DNA of 37,147 nucleotides from a virus (Duplodnaviria; Caudoviricetes), in IMG/VR virus record IMGVR_UViG_3300037484_000486, positions 1-37,147 of that record. One strand, written 5' to 3'. Both the position numbers and the translations under genes were made by a program. Position 1 is the stretch's first letter, and every line of letters starts with the position of its first letter. Of the stretch, positions 1-9,256 are shown one piece after another. Below the pieces are notes generated by a model. The model was given only the letters and a program-made list of their open reading frames with translations. It was not told where the DNA came from and searched no databases.

Positions 1-104
1 TTCTCCCCATAGCGTAACGCCAAAATTATGTGGCGCAGAAAACGGGCTAAACGCTGCAATTCGGCCGAAGGAACGCGCTAGGCCACATAACTGGCTGCGC
101 CACA
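1..104 (-). mobile_element. Possible end of a TGT-terminated transposon or IS
   Basis: Minus strand from 104 reads TGTGGCGCAGCCAGTTATGTGGC. TGTGGCGCAG recurs inverted at 29-38, and TTATGTGGC (26-34) pairs with GCCACATAA (82-90). The adjacent phage reading frame has stops at 15-17 and 48-50. Confidence 0.4.
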
Positions 105-236
105 GAAGAAAGGTGTGCGGATGTGATTGCCCAGAACACCTTGATGATGGAGCGATTGGAAAAGGCCCTCGACGAGCGGTTCGAGTGCCCTTGGCGGCCG
201 GACTGCTTGCACAAGTATAAGCGAGACGGCGCATGA
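105..236 (+). pseudogene. 3' remnant of an upstream phage gene (EERCADVIAQNTLMMERLEKALDERFECPWRPDC...)
   Basis: Frame-3 open stretch whose TGA (234-236) overlaps the ATG at 233 (ATGA coupling). No convincing 5' part; a short gene from GTG at 123 is the alternative. Confidence 0.45.
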
Positions 237-745
237 CCTACCCTGCCAACTACAGCCTGAACCAGCACATTCGACGTGTGCTGTACGCGCTGAAGCGGCA
301 GTATGGCGGCGCAATCATCGTCTACCAGAACGGGACGGTGAATACGGATACGAAGACCGGCGACGTGAGCCGGACGAAGACGGCAACCCGCATCCAGCGG
401 GCCGTCATTCTGCCCGTGGCGATCAGCCGCGAAGTGAAGCAGTCGATTTCGCTGATCTCCGCGAACAAGCAAATGGTCACGGGCGGTGGCTTCGAGTCGG
501 GGAAGCGGATGTTCATTATCGACCACCGCGACTGCCCGAGCCTCACGTTGCACAAGACGGATTGGCTGACCTACAACGGCCGCAAGTACGCCATCGACAA
601 CTACGAAGAGTACGAGTTCGAGACGGCGTACATCATCACCGGCAAGGAAATGCCCGGCGAGTCGGCGGGCGTGGAAGGATCAATCGTCGATCTCACGGCG
701 AGCAACACGGTCGCCTTGACTTCTGCCGCCGGAGAGGAGACCTAG
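233..745 (+). CDS. Putative head-closure / head-tail adaptor protein
   Basis: 170 aa, beta-rich (DWLTYNGRKYAIDNYEE), at the start of the neck-tail gene order. Confidence 0.55.
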   Translation: MTYPANYSLNQHIRRVLYALKRQYGGAIIVYQNGTVNTDTKTGDVSRTKTATRIQRAVILPVAISREVKQSISLISANKQMVTGGGFESGKRMFIIDHRDCPSLTLHKTDWLTYNGRKYAIDNYEEYEFETAYIITGKEMPGESAGVEGSIVDLTASNTVALTSAAGEET

Positions 746-746
746 T

Positions 747-1244
747 ATGCCGGCCAACCCCAACTGGGCGCGCTGGGTGTTCGCATCCGTAGCCACTTAC
801 CTCAAGCAAGTTGCGCAACAGCAGCAGCTTGCCGCTCTGGTCGAAGGTCTGGACGACCGGACCACGACGGTCATGGAAGCGTCGGATCGCTGCGAAATCC
901 GCATCACGGGGCCGTTCACGAAGGAGCTAAGCCACAACTACTTCCAGATCGAAGTGCTCGTGAACGTGCTGTTTCTCAGCCGCTACGAAGAGGAAAAGAA
1001 CCAATACGCCGTGATGCAAAAGATCGGCGTGTTCCATGAGGCGATGGACGGAGCCATCGCCATTTTCAAGTACGGAAATCAGGTGGGAGACGACGAGCAC
1101 GCGCTTGTTGGCTGTCTCTCGCCGGTTCAAGGCCGTAACGACGCCATCCGCGTCATGCACTTTGGGCAAATCACTCCGACCGACCGGATCAAGCAGTCGA
1201 TGGTAGACGCTCGCTATCGGATGGAACTATCCACCAATCAGTAA
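747..1244 (+). CDS. Putative tail terminator / tail completion protein
   Basis: 165 aa, immediately upstream of the tail tube gene; positional call. Confidence 0.5.
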   Translation: MPANPNWARWVFASVATYLKQVAQQQQLAALVEGLDDRTTTVMEASDRCEIRITGPFTKELSHNYFQIEVLVNVLFLSRYEEEKNQYAVMQKIGVFHEAMDGAIAIFKYGNQVGDDEHALVGCLSPVQGRNDAIRVMHFGQITPTDRIKQSMVDARYRMELSTNQ

Positions 1245-1260
1245 ACAGGAGATACCGAAC

Positions 1261-2373
1261 ATGGCTCGCATTGAATTGCGCGATTGCACCGTTCGCATCA
1301 AGGATGGCCTCGGGGCGAATCCCGATACCCTTCCCTGCGTTGCGGACGCCAACAAGACCCTTCCGGCCACCCCGGTGGTCGAGGGCGACACGACTTGCAA
1401 GGTTACGAACGTCAGTATTCCCCCGGCGGCCGGCGGGCACACCGCAAAGGTGCCCGTGGGCGCACGATTCACCATCGACGGTGAGACGGATGCCGATGCG
1501 GTCCACGTCGTCACGGCCCGAGTCCAGGGCGGGGCTGGTCAGAACGCCAAGCAGTCGGTGACGATTGACGGTGCTTCGGCCGGCGGCCACCTCCACCTGA
1601 CGTGGGGAGGCAACACGACGGGCGAAATCGCCTACAACGCCTCGGCCGCCGATGTCAAGGCAGCTTTGGTGGCGATGGACGACGGCTACACGACGAGTGA
1701 CTGGGATGTCACCGGCGGCCCCGGCCCTACGGCCTGGGTTGTCGAGTTCAAGGGCGCTCTGGGGCTGGCCCCGCGTGCCTTGCTCGTCGGTGACGGCAGC
1801 GCCCTCACCGGCGGCGACACCGATGTGGACGTGGCGACCACGCAAGAGGGCATCGCGGCGGCCGGGTCGGACACGACCACGGAAATCACGTTCAGCCCCG
1901 CGCTGGGTGCCGGCACCTACAGTGCCAGCGCCGAAATCACCTTCCTGCCGCAGCAACTCGAAGTGAAGATCGGTGACGGGAACATCACCTACACCGAGCA
2001 CAACGAGTACGACTACCTGCTCGACCGTGACAACTTGGACACGGTGAAGCAGGGCAAGGAAGTCCCGATGGACGTGAAGTGGGACAGCGTGTACGAGCAC
2101 ATCACCACCGGCACCAGCGAGAACATCAGCCCGATGGACGCGCTGAAGGGGATCGGGGCGGCTTCGGAGTGGATCAGCTACGCCGCCGACCCGTGCGAAC
2201 CCTACGCCGTGGCGTTGGAAGTCGAGCACGTTCCGCCTTGTGGCACCAGCCAGGGCGAAACCACGCTCTTCCCCGACTTCCGCTCGGAGACCCGCGAAGT
2301 CAACTTCAAGGACGCCACCCTCTCCGTGACCGGCAAGTGTAACGTCACGGAACCCATCGTGAGCCGTTCGTAA
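1261..2373 (+). CDS. Major tail (tube) protein with an inserted accessory domain
   Basis: 370 aa, RBS AGGAGA, position before chaperone and tape measure. Internal NAKQSVTI..GGHLHLTWGGNTTGEIAYNASAADVKAAL module typical of phage virion proteins. Confidence 0.7.
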   Translation: MARIELRDCTVRIKDGLGANPDTLPCVADANKTLPATPVVEGDTTCKVTNVSIPPAAGGHTAKVPVGARFTIDGETDADAVHVVTARVQGGAGQNAKQSVTIDGASAGGHLHLTWGGNTTGEIAYNASAADVKAALVAMDDGYTTSDWDVTGGPGPTAWVVEFKGALGLAPRALLVGDGSALTGGDTDVDVATTQEGIAAAGSDTTTEITFSPALGAGTYSASAEITFLPQQLEVKIGDGNITYTEHNEYDYLLDRDNLDTVKQGKEVPMDVKWDSVYEHITTGTSENISPMDALKGIGAASEWISYAADPCEPYAVALEVEHVPPCGTSQGETTLFPDFRSETREVNFKDATLSVTGKCNVTEPIVSRS

Positions 2374-2425
2374 GACGACTCCCCGGCCCTTGAGGCCGGT
2401 TTCTCTGGCCTACACGACCAGACAT

Positions 2426-2468
2426 GCGGTGCCGGCACCGGTGCCGGCACCGCCTCTCTTTCCTTTTA
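2426..2468 (+). terminator. Perfect 28-bp palindrome followed by a pyrimidine/T tract
   Basis: GCGGTGCCGGCACCGGTGCCGGCACCGC (2426-2453), then CTCTCTTTCCTTTT. Confidence 0.6.
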
Positions 2469-2481
2469 GCGAGGGAACAAC

Positions 2482-3009
2482 ATGAAGATTGCCGGTATCG
2501 ACCCGAAATCGCTCTCCAACGAGGTGCTCCTCGTCCTGCCGCGCGGCGAGAGCGAGATCATCTTCCGCGCCAAGGGACTGCCCGACATGGCCGAGTTCGA
2601 GGCCCTGTGTCCCAACCCTAAGCCGCCGGGTAAGTTCACCAAAGAGGGCTGGATTCCCAACCTCAATGATCCTACCTACCAGCAAGTCTTGAACGAGTGG
2701 GCCAAGAAGCGGCTGGGCTACATGATCGTCAAGTCGCTTGTGCCTTCGGAGATCGAGTGGGATACGGTCAAGGAAAGCGACCCCCGCACCTGGCCCAGGT
2801 GGGAGGAAGACCTGAAAAACGGCGGCCTGACGCAAGTGGAGTGCAACCGCGTGCTGGCCCTGGTCCTGGAAGCGAACGCCCTGGATGAGGCCAAGCTGCA
2901 ACGGGCGCGCGAGGTTTTTCTGCGTGGTCAGGGTCCGGTGCCCGAAGAGTTCTCTTCGCCCCAGAGCGAACAGCCGAGTTCGCCGTCTGGCGAGCCTGCG
3001 AACGGCTAG
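2482..3009 (+). CDS. Tail assembly chaperone (lambda gpG analogue)
   Basis: 175 aa, after the tail tube gene, with a slippery G GTT TTT near its 3' end. Confidence 0.7.
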   Translation: MKIAGIDPKSLSNEVLLVLPRGESEIIFRAKGLPDMAEFEALCPNPKPPGKFTKEGWIPNLNDPTYQQVLNEWAKKRLGYMIVKSLVPSEIEWDTVKESDPRTWPRWEEDLKNGGLTQVECNRVLALVLEANALDEAKLQRAREVFLRGQGPVPEEFSSPQSEQPSSPSGEPANG

Positions 3010-3182
3010 GCATCCGTCCGCCGGGCGTTCGGCCCGCGTGGGACGAGTGCGGCGTCGAGACGCAGGCGTTGATCGTCGCCTTCGATCAACTGCGGGGCCA
3101 TGACGACATGGAGCAGGATGCTCGGCTGGCAGGGGTAAGGATGCCCTCGGCGGCCCGGCCCCCTTCGGAGCGAGGTTCCTGA
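2913..3182 (+). CDS. -1 frameshift extension of the chaperone (gpGT analogue)
   Basis: -1 frame is open from 2889 to TGA 3180-3182 and encodes ...RTAEFAVWRACERLGIRPPGVRPAWDECGVETQALIVAFDQLR...; no obvious start of its own. Confidence 0.7.
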   Translation, partial: GFSAWSGSGARRVLFAPERTAEFAVWRACERLGIRPPGVRPAWDECGVETQALIVAFDQLRGHDDMEQDARLAGVRMPSAARPPSERGS

Positions 3183-3184
3183 CC

Positions 3185-3718
3185 ATGAAGTTCAAGGCGC
3201 AGTTCTCCATTCCGCGCATCGACGTGGCGGCCTACCGAAACGCCTTGGATGCGCACATGAAGGAAGCGATCTCCCAGGCCCTCACGGAATGGCTGGAAGC
3301 GGTCTTGGCCGAGATTCCGGTGTGGAGCGGGGCATCGCGGGCGACGTTCGTGAAGTTGGCCCAGCAGATCGGCTACAACCTGCCGGTCGAACCGGCGGCT
3401 GGCAACTGGGCGCACGGGCTTTTCAGCAGCCGCATCGACCGCACATGGATGGGCATAGCGCAGAGCGCCGGCGGCCTGACGACGAACAAGGAGACGGGCG
3501 AGTACACGTTCACCTACAGCACGACGCTTCCCTGGATGATCTGGAACGAATACCACAACGCCAACGTCGATCCCGATCCAACCCTCTTCTATCGCTTGCT
3601 TGAACCTGGTCCCTACAACTTCCAAGTCACCGGGGCCAGGGCCTTCCTGCGGTTTGCGGAGAACGTGGACCTACTGCCCGTCAAACCTTACGTGCGCGTG
3701 GCGCGAGTGAAGTCATAG
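3185..3718 (+). CDS. Phage virion morphogenesis protein (HK97 gp10-like)
   Basis: 177 aa; N-terminal helix then IPVWSGASRA, resembling the PVxTG motif of the family. Confidence 0.45.
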   Translation: MKFKAQFSIPRIDVAAYRNALDAHMKEAISQALTEWLEAVLAEIPVWSGASRATFVKLAQQIGYNLPVEPAAGNWAHGLFSSRIDRTWMGIAQSAGGLTTNKETGEYTFTYSTTLPWMIWNEYHNANVDPDPTLFYRLLEPGPYNFQVTGARAFLRFAENVDLLPVKPYVRVARVKS

Positions 3719-3729
3719 CAAGGTGCCTC

Positions 3730-6700
3730 ATGGCCGACGAAACCATTGTCAATAAGCTGGGCTTCAGCGTTGAAGATGCTCTTCAGCAGCTTCAGCGATT
3801 GGATACTGCGCTGCAATCGTCGGGCGCGGCTTTCCAAACTTTCGGCGAGAAAATCAATGCCTGGAACAGCCAGGCGGAATCGGCATTGAACCGCATGAAG
3901 GAAATGGCGTCGGCCGCCTCGCGGCTCGCCAGCGCTATGTCGAGGGCCGGCAGCGCCCCGGCGACCCCGGCCGGCGCAACCGGTGCGCCCGCCTCGCAAC
4001 TCTGGCTCCCGCCCGATCTCGCGGCGGACATGCAGAAGGCGAACCAGAGCATGACGGCACTGGGCAACACGGCGACCCAGGCCGGCGAGAAAATGAAGGT
4101 TGCCGGACAGCATGGTCACAAGGCCGCCACCGACACGGGCAACGCCGTGAAGCAGGCCCACGACCACATGAAAGCGTGGACCATTAGCTGGGAAACGCTG
4201 ACCCGCGTGATGCTCACGCAGGCCATCGTGCGGGCCTTGAGCCAAATCCGCGACCTGCTCAAGGAGTCGGTGGAGGAAGCGCTGAAGTTCTCCACCCGCA
4301 TCTCGGAACTCCAGACCATCGCCCCCAAGATTGATCGCAACTTCCAAGGGTTGAGCAAGGAAGTCGCCAGCCTTTCCAAGTCGTTCAACTTCCCGCTGCC
4401 CGACGTGGCCGAGGCCGTCTACCAGACGATCTCCAACCAGTTCACCACGGCCGGCGAGCGGGCGGACATTATGACCGCCTCGGCGAAGCTGGCGAAGGTC
4501 GGGGTCATGGACCTGAACCAGGCCGTCTTGCTCTTGACGGGCACCCTCAATGCCTACGGCATGAAGTCCGATCAGGCCGAAGTGGTGGCCGCCAAGTTTT
4601 TCAAGACCATCGAGTTGGGCCGGGTGCGCGGTGCCGAGTTGACGCCGATCATCGGCCGCATCGTGCCGGTTGCCGGTGAGTTGGGCGTCAGTCTGGAGGA
4701 AGTCAACGCCGCAATGGTCGCCTTGACCATCGGCGCGCAGCGCGTGCCCGAGGCGGCGACCGGCCTGCGGTCGGCAATGACGGCCCTTATCAAGCCGTCT
4801 CAGGACATGCAGAAGGAACTTCGGAACCTCGGCTATGACACGCCGGAATTGGCGATCAAGGCCGAGGGCTTGTTCGGCATCTTCGAGAAGCTGAAGGACA
4901 GCACGGACGGAAACATCGCCGCGATGGCGAAGCTGGTCCGCAACATCCGGGGCTTGAACGCGGAAGCGCGTTTGACCGGCGATGGCGCGGAAAAGGCGGC
5001 CGAGGCGTTAAGGGCCATGACCGCCCCCGACCTGACCGAGAGCTTCAACGAGGTCTTCAAGGAGTTCACTTCCACCGACGCCCAGAAGTACATGGCCGAG
5101 TGGAACAAGTTTAAGGTCACACTGGCCTCAGAGATCGGTCCCGAGCTAGTCAAGTTCGTCAGCAACCTGATGAACGCAGCGGGCGGGGCCGATGGCCTGG
5201 CCTCGGCGATCAAGGGTTTGGCGAACACGGTGTCTGAATTGGCGGTGCCCCTGGGAACCGTGTTCAGTCTGCTGGCTGGCTGGTCGCTTAAAGGCAAGCT
5301 GGCCGGGTTGACCGGCTTCAAGGGGATCATGTTCAACAACGTCATTGCCCCGTTGGGCATGGCGTCGTTTGCCGTGGACTTTCTGGACGCGCGGATGGCG
5401 GCGATGCTCGGCAACGCCAACGAGAACTTCGACAAGCAAGTCAAAGAGATCATCGCCGCACAGCAGAAGGCCGCCCAGGAACGGATCGACGCCGAGAAGA
5501 AAGTCGCCGACGAGACCTTGAAGCAGATGGCGCGGCAAGTCGCCGAGCTACAACGGGCATACAACAAGGAAGTCGATTTGGTCCGCGAGAAGGACAAGGA
5601 GATCGTCAATTCGGCGCGGGTCACGATGCAAGCCATGATTACGGCCCGTGAAAAGGTCGTACAGCAGTTCCGCTCGGCCGCTCAGGACGCCAACAAGGCG
5701 GCGGAAGACTCGATGAAGCGTCAAGCGGAGACGCAGATCAAGTTGGACGACTTCCTCTTCAAGCGGCGGTTGGAAGACCGGCAGAAGTACGACGACTACT
5801 TCAAGAAGTCGGACGTGCTGGAAAAGATGTATGCCTCCCGCGCGATGGAGTTGGCCAGCGAGGCGGCGAAGGCCCTGGCGGGGTCCGAGACCCCGGACCA
5901 GCAACGGGCGGCCGAAACCATCTTCCAGCGGGCGGCGGCCTACGCGCAGGAAGCCGATCAGATCGCCCGAGGTACGCAAGACGAGTGGCTGCGGAAGGAC
6001 GCCGCCGACACCGTAGAGGCGATCATGCGCAAGCAGATCGCCGCCGAGCGGGAGTTGCAGACCAGCAGCCGGGCGCGTGCGTCGGCGGCGGCCCAAGTGG
6101 CGGCCACCGAGCAAGAGCGCGTGGACCGGATGAAGGTGGCGATGAAGGCCATCCTCACGGACCTGGACCTGTTCGATAAGAAAGGTCCGATGGACCCGAA
6201 GAAGACCGCCGCCCTCTCGGCCGACTTGCATGAGAAGATGGACCTTTTCAAGAAGGATTGGATGGAGGGGAAGGACATCGACCTGGGCGAAGCGCTGAAG
6301 TTCGACGCCTTACAGCAACGGGTCAAGACCGCTTTGGAAGGCGGCGTCTCGGAGGCGGAGGTCAAGAAGCTCTTCTCGTTGCCGGACACGATTGATAGCT
6401 TCCGTCGCCAGATCGAAGGCGACATGAAACCGGTTAATCTCGATGTCCGCGTGCTGCTGCCCGTGGCCTCGGCCGACTTCGCCGCCAAGCTGATCGGCGA
6501 CTTGCCGTTGAAGCAAAAGCTGGACGAGGAAAAGAGGCTCACGGCCGAGTACGAGAAGCAGTCGGGGACGGTGCGGACCCTTCAAGAGGAACTTATGAAG
6601 GTGACGCAGGCCGAGACCAGCCGGAAGGCGGCGGCCGGGGCGTTGGGTGTGAACTTGCAAGTCCAGGAAGCCGCCTTGGAGGATTGGCGGACCTTCCTCG

Positions 6701-7560
6701 TCCAGGCCAGCGCCAAGGCCAAGGCCGCGATCCTCGGCGGCGCGGACATCCAGGCCGAGACGAAGGCCCTCGGCGACCTCATGCGGCAGTTCCAGTCGTT
6801 GTCCGAGGCGGAAGCCAAGGGTTTCGGGATGAAAGAGTACGTCGCCTTGCAGAAGCGGGCGATGGATGTCGTCGCCCAGACGAGCACCACGGATTTCGAC
6901 CGCAAGTTCATCACGGAAGAAATGGCACGATTGAAAACCATTCTCGACGCCTCGGAAGTGCTGAAGAAACTACAGCAGACGCCCCAGGGCCAGTCGCGCG
7001 ACATCCAGGCCGAGTTGGAGAAGGCCCGGCAAGAGGCCGAGCGGACGAAGGGCATCATGGACGCCTTGAAGTCGAAGACGCCCGGCGAGACCACGAAGGA
7101 AATGAAGACCAGCGCCGAGGGCGCGGATGCCGCCCTCAACGAGGTGTCCCAGATCAACATGGGCGGCCTCGTCAGCCAGGCGCAACTCTTGGCCGATGCC
7201 ATGTGGAGCGTGGCGGAAGCCTCGTTGAACGTTCAGCCGGGGCCGGCGATGGCGGCGGCCCACGGCGGCATGGCCTGGAAGTTCCTGGCCGGCGGCGGCC
7301 CGGCGGGCACGGACGTAATCCCGGCGATGCTCTCGCCGGGCGAGGTGGTGATTAACGCCGCCTCGGCACGGAGGTTCGCTTCGCAACTGACCGCGATCAA
7401 TGCCGGCGTGCAGCCGGTCTATCGCAGCGAAGGCGGCAGCGTCACCAACGTCGGTGACATCAACGTGACTGTGAACGGCGGCGGAACTAGCCGCCAGACG
7501 GCTAGGTCCATCGCCGCTGAATTGCGACGTGAATTGCGGCGTGGCACGGCAATCTTGTAA
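3730..7560 (+). CDS. Tail tape measure protein
   Basis: 1276 aa, Ala-rich helical; TP901-like core (AEAVYQTISNQF..LTGTLNAYG..FFKTIELG); C-terminal GTDVIPAMLSPGEVVINA motif. Confidence 0.92.
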   Translation: MADETIVNKLGFSVEDALQQLQRLDTALQSSGAAFQTFGEKINAWNSQAESALNRMKEMASAASRLASAMSRAGSAPATPAGATGAPASQLWLPPDLAADMQKANQSMTALGNTATQAGEKMKVAGQHGHKAATDTGNAVKQAHDHMKAWTISWETLTRVMLTQAIVRALSQIRDLLKESVEEALKFSTRISELQTIAPKIDRNFQGLSKEVASLSKSFNFPLPDVAEAVYQTISNQFTTAGERADIMTASAKLAKVGVMDLNQAVLLLTGTLNAYGMKSDQAEVVAAKFFKTIELGRVRGAELTPIIGRIVPVAGELGVSLEEVNAAMVALTIGAQRVPEAATGLRSAMTALIKPSQDMQKELRNLGYDTPELAIKAEGLFGIFEKLKDSTDGNIAAMAKLVRNIRGLNAEARLTGDGAEKAAEALRAMTAPDLTESFNEVFKEFTSTDAQKYMAEWNKFKVTLASEIGPELVKFVSNLMNAAGGADGLASAIKGLANTVSELAVPLGTVFSLLAGWSLKGKLAGLTGFKGIMFNNVIAPLGMASFAVDFLDARMAAMLGNANENFDKQVKEIIAAQQKAAQERIDAEKKVADETLKQMARQVAELQRAYNKEVDLVREKDKEIVNSARVTMQAMITAREKVVQQFRSAAQDANKAAEDSMKRQAETQIKLDDFLFKRRLEDRQKYDDYFKKSDVLEKMYASRAMELASEAAKALAGSETPDQQRAAETIFQRAAAYAQEADQIARGTQDEWLRKDAADTVEAIMRKQIAAERELQTSSRARASAAAQVAATEQERVDRMKVAMKAILTDLDLFDKKGPMDPKKTAALSADLHEKMDLFKKDWMEGKDIDLGEALKFDALQQRVKTALEGGVSEAEVKKLFSLPDTIDSFRRQIEGDMKPVNLDVRVLLPVASADFAAKLIGDLPLKQKLDEEKRLTAEYEKQSGTVRTLQEELMKVTQAETSRKAAAGALGVNLQVQEAALEDWRTFLVQASAKAKAAILGGADIQAETKALGDLMRQFQSLSEAEAKGFGMKEYVALQKRAMDVVAQTSTTDFDRKFITEEMARLKTILDASEVLKKLQQTPQGQSRDIQAELEKARQEAERTKGIMDALKSKTPGETTKEMKTSAEGADAALNEVSQINMGGLVSQAQLLADAMWSVAEASLNVQPGPAMAAAHGGMAWKFLAGGGPAGTDVIPAMLSPGEVVINAASARRFASQLTAINAGVQPVYRSEGGSVTNVGDINVTVNGGGTSRQTARSIAAELRRELRRGTAIL

Positions 7561-7584
7561 CTCTTTTTATTGAGAGGAAAGACC

Positions 7585-8190
7585 ATGAGCGTCAGCCAAA
7601 TGAAACTGGGCCAGAAAGCGGGTTGCTGTCTCGTCCGCGCCCGCAAGGCCGAAGACCAACTTCCCCTGCGCGGCCGATTCGTCGTCGAGCACTTCCGCAA
7701 GGGCGTGAAGATCGGCCAGTACGAGTTCCCCAACGGGATTACCAACCAGGGCAAGGACAAGCTGCTGGATGTGATGTTCCACGGCACCTCGGCCATCACG
7801 ACCTGGTGGCTGGGCCTGATCGACAACGCGGGCTACTCCGCGCTGGCGGCGGCCGACGTGTACGCCCAGATCGGCGGCACCAACGGCTGGGCCGAGTTCA
7901 CCGACTACACCGATGCGGCAAACGCCGACAGCAGCAGCACCCGTCCCGAGTGGACCGAGGGCGCGGCCTCCAGCCAGGCCATCACCAACGGCAGCCCGGT
8001 GGTCTTCGACATCACCGACACCGGGACGGTCAAGGGCCTGTTCCTCGTCGGCGGCGGTGCCAACTGCCAGAACAAAGACGACAACGCGCAGGCCGGCGGC
8101 ATCTTGTGGGCCACCGCGCTGTTCAACACGGGCGACGTGGCCGTCAACGCCGAAGACCAGTTGAAGGTCACGTACACCGTCTCGGCGTAA
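7585..8190 (+). CDS. Minor tail / fibre-associated structural protein
   Basis: ATG 7585 after RBS GAGAGGA; NGITNQGKDKLLDVMF..WWLGLI and C-terminal DQLKVTYTVS pattern of phage tail proteins. Confidence 0.6.
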   Translation: MSVSQMKLGQKAGCCLVRARKAEDQLPLRGRFVVEHFRKGVKIGQYEFPNGITNQGKDKLLDVMFHGTSAITTWWLGLIDNAGYSALAAADVYAQIGGTNGWAEFTDYTDAANADSSSTRPEWTEGAASSQAITNGSPVVFDITDTGTVKGLFLVGGGANCQNKDDNAQAGGILWATALFNTGDVAVNAEDQLKVTYTVSA

Positions 8191-8205
8191 CGACACTCCC
8201 TCGCC

Positions 8206-8260
8206 AAGGTCGGGCAGGGTCTTCGCAAGAAGCCCTGCTCGGCCTTTCTTTCCCTTTCGT
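8206..8260 (+). terminator. Rho-independent terminator-like hairpin
   Basis: AAGGTCGGGCAGGG...CCCTGCTCGGCCTT stem, CTTC-GCAA-GAAG tetraloop, T-rich tail. Confidence 0.7.
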
Positions 8261-8278
8261 TTCCTGTGAGGAATCCCA

Positions 8279-9256
8279 ATGGCCTACGAACGATTTGCAA
8301 ACGGCGGACTCTCTTCGCTGGATGCGGGGATCGACGACAACGATCTCGCGCTGACCGTGAAGTCGGCGGCCGGATTCCCCACCGGCGGCAACTTTCGCAT
8401 CATCGTCGAGAGCGAGATCATGCTGGTGACGGACGTGCAAGGCAACGTCTTTACCGTCACGCGGGCGCAGGAGGGCACTTCGGCTGCCGCGCACGATGCC
8501 GACATGGCTGTGTTCCATGTCTTGACGGCCGGTGCCTTGGCCCAACGGGACATCGAGCAGTTCGCCACCGGTCTCGTGACCGCCCGCGATGCGGCCGGGC
8601 AGGCTGGGCGGCTCTATCTGCCGACCGAGGGCTTCGTTGGTCAGGACAACGGTTCGCTGTGGGACATGATGCCCTTGAGCCGCATGACCCCGCCGGACTC
8701 GGGCGACTTCACCTGGGTCAACCAGGGCAGTGCGACGGTCGCCGCCAGCAAGGGCATGATGGTTCTGTCAACGCCCGCTTCGGTATCGTCCGACAGTCTG
8801 CGGTGCCTCGTAAAGAACGTTCCCAGCACGCCGTATGAGATTACCGTCGGCATGTTGGCCCTTTCGCCGTCCTACGTGAGCGCCAGCACGATAGCTCAGT
8901 ACGGGATTTGCTGGCGGGAAAGCGGCTCCGGCAAACTCCTCACCTACGGCGTGGGCATGACGAGCTATCCGACGAGCTTCAGCTACAGTCAGTGGACCAA
9001 TCCCACCACGCTTTCGGCAAACCAGTTCCAGTACAGCATCCCAGGGTATGGACCGTGCTGGATTCGTTTTGCCGATGATGGGACGTACCGGACGGTGAAG
9101 GTCTCGATGGACGGATTCAACTTCGTTCGGGTCGCCGCCGCGCAGAGCCGCACCGTGTTCCTTACGGCCGATCAAATCGGGGTCTTTGCCAACAGCTACA
9201 AGACCAGCAACGTCCTGCCGCGCATCATTTCCTTCCTGCATTGGAGCCAAGCATAA
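8279..9256 (+). CDS. Putative receptor-binding / adhesin protein, paralog A1
   Basis: 325 aa; N-terminal TVTRAQEGT..AAH domain; C-terminal beta-sandwich-like domain with WVNQG and SxDGxN motifs. Confidence 0.65.
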   Translation: MAYERFANGGLSSLDAGIDDNDLALTVKSAAGFPTGGNFRIIVESEIMLVTDVQGNVFTVTRAQEGTSAAAHDADMAVFHVLTAGALAQRDIEQFATGLVTARDAAGQAGRLYLPTEGFVGQDNGSLWDMMPLSRMTPPDSGDFTWVNQGSATVAASKGMMVLSTPASVSSDSLRCLVKNVPSTPYEITVGMLALSPSYVSASTIAQYGICWRESGSGKLLTYGVGMTSYPTSFSYSQWTNPTTLSANQFQYSIPGYGPCWIRFADDGTYRTVKVSMDGFNFVRVAAAQSRTVFLTADQIGVFANSYKTSNVLPRIISFLHWSQA

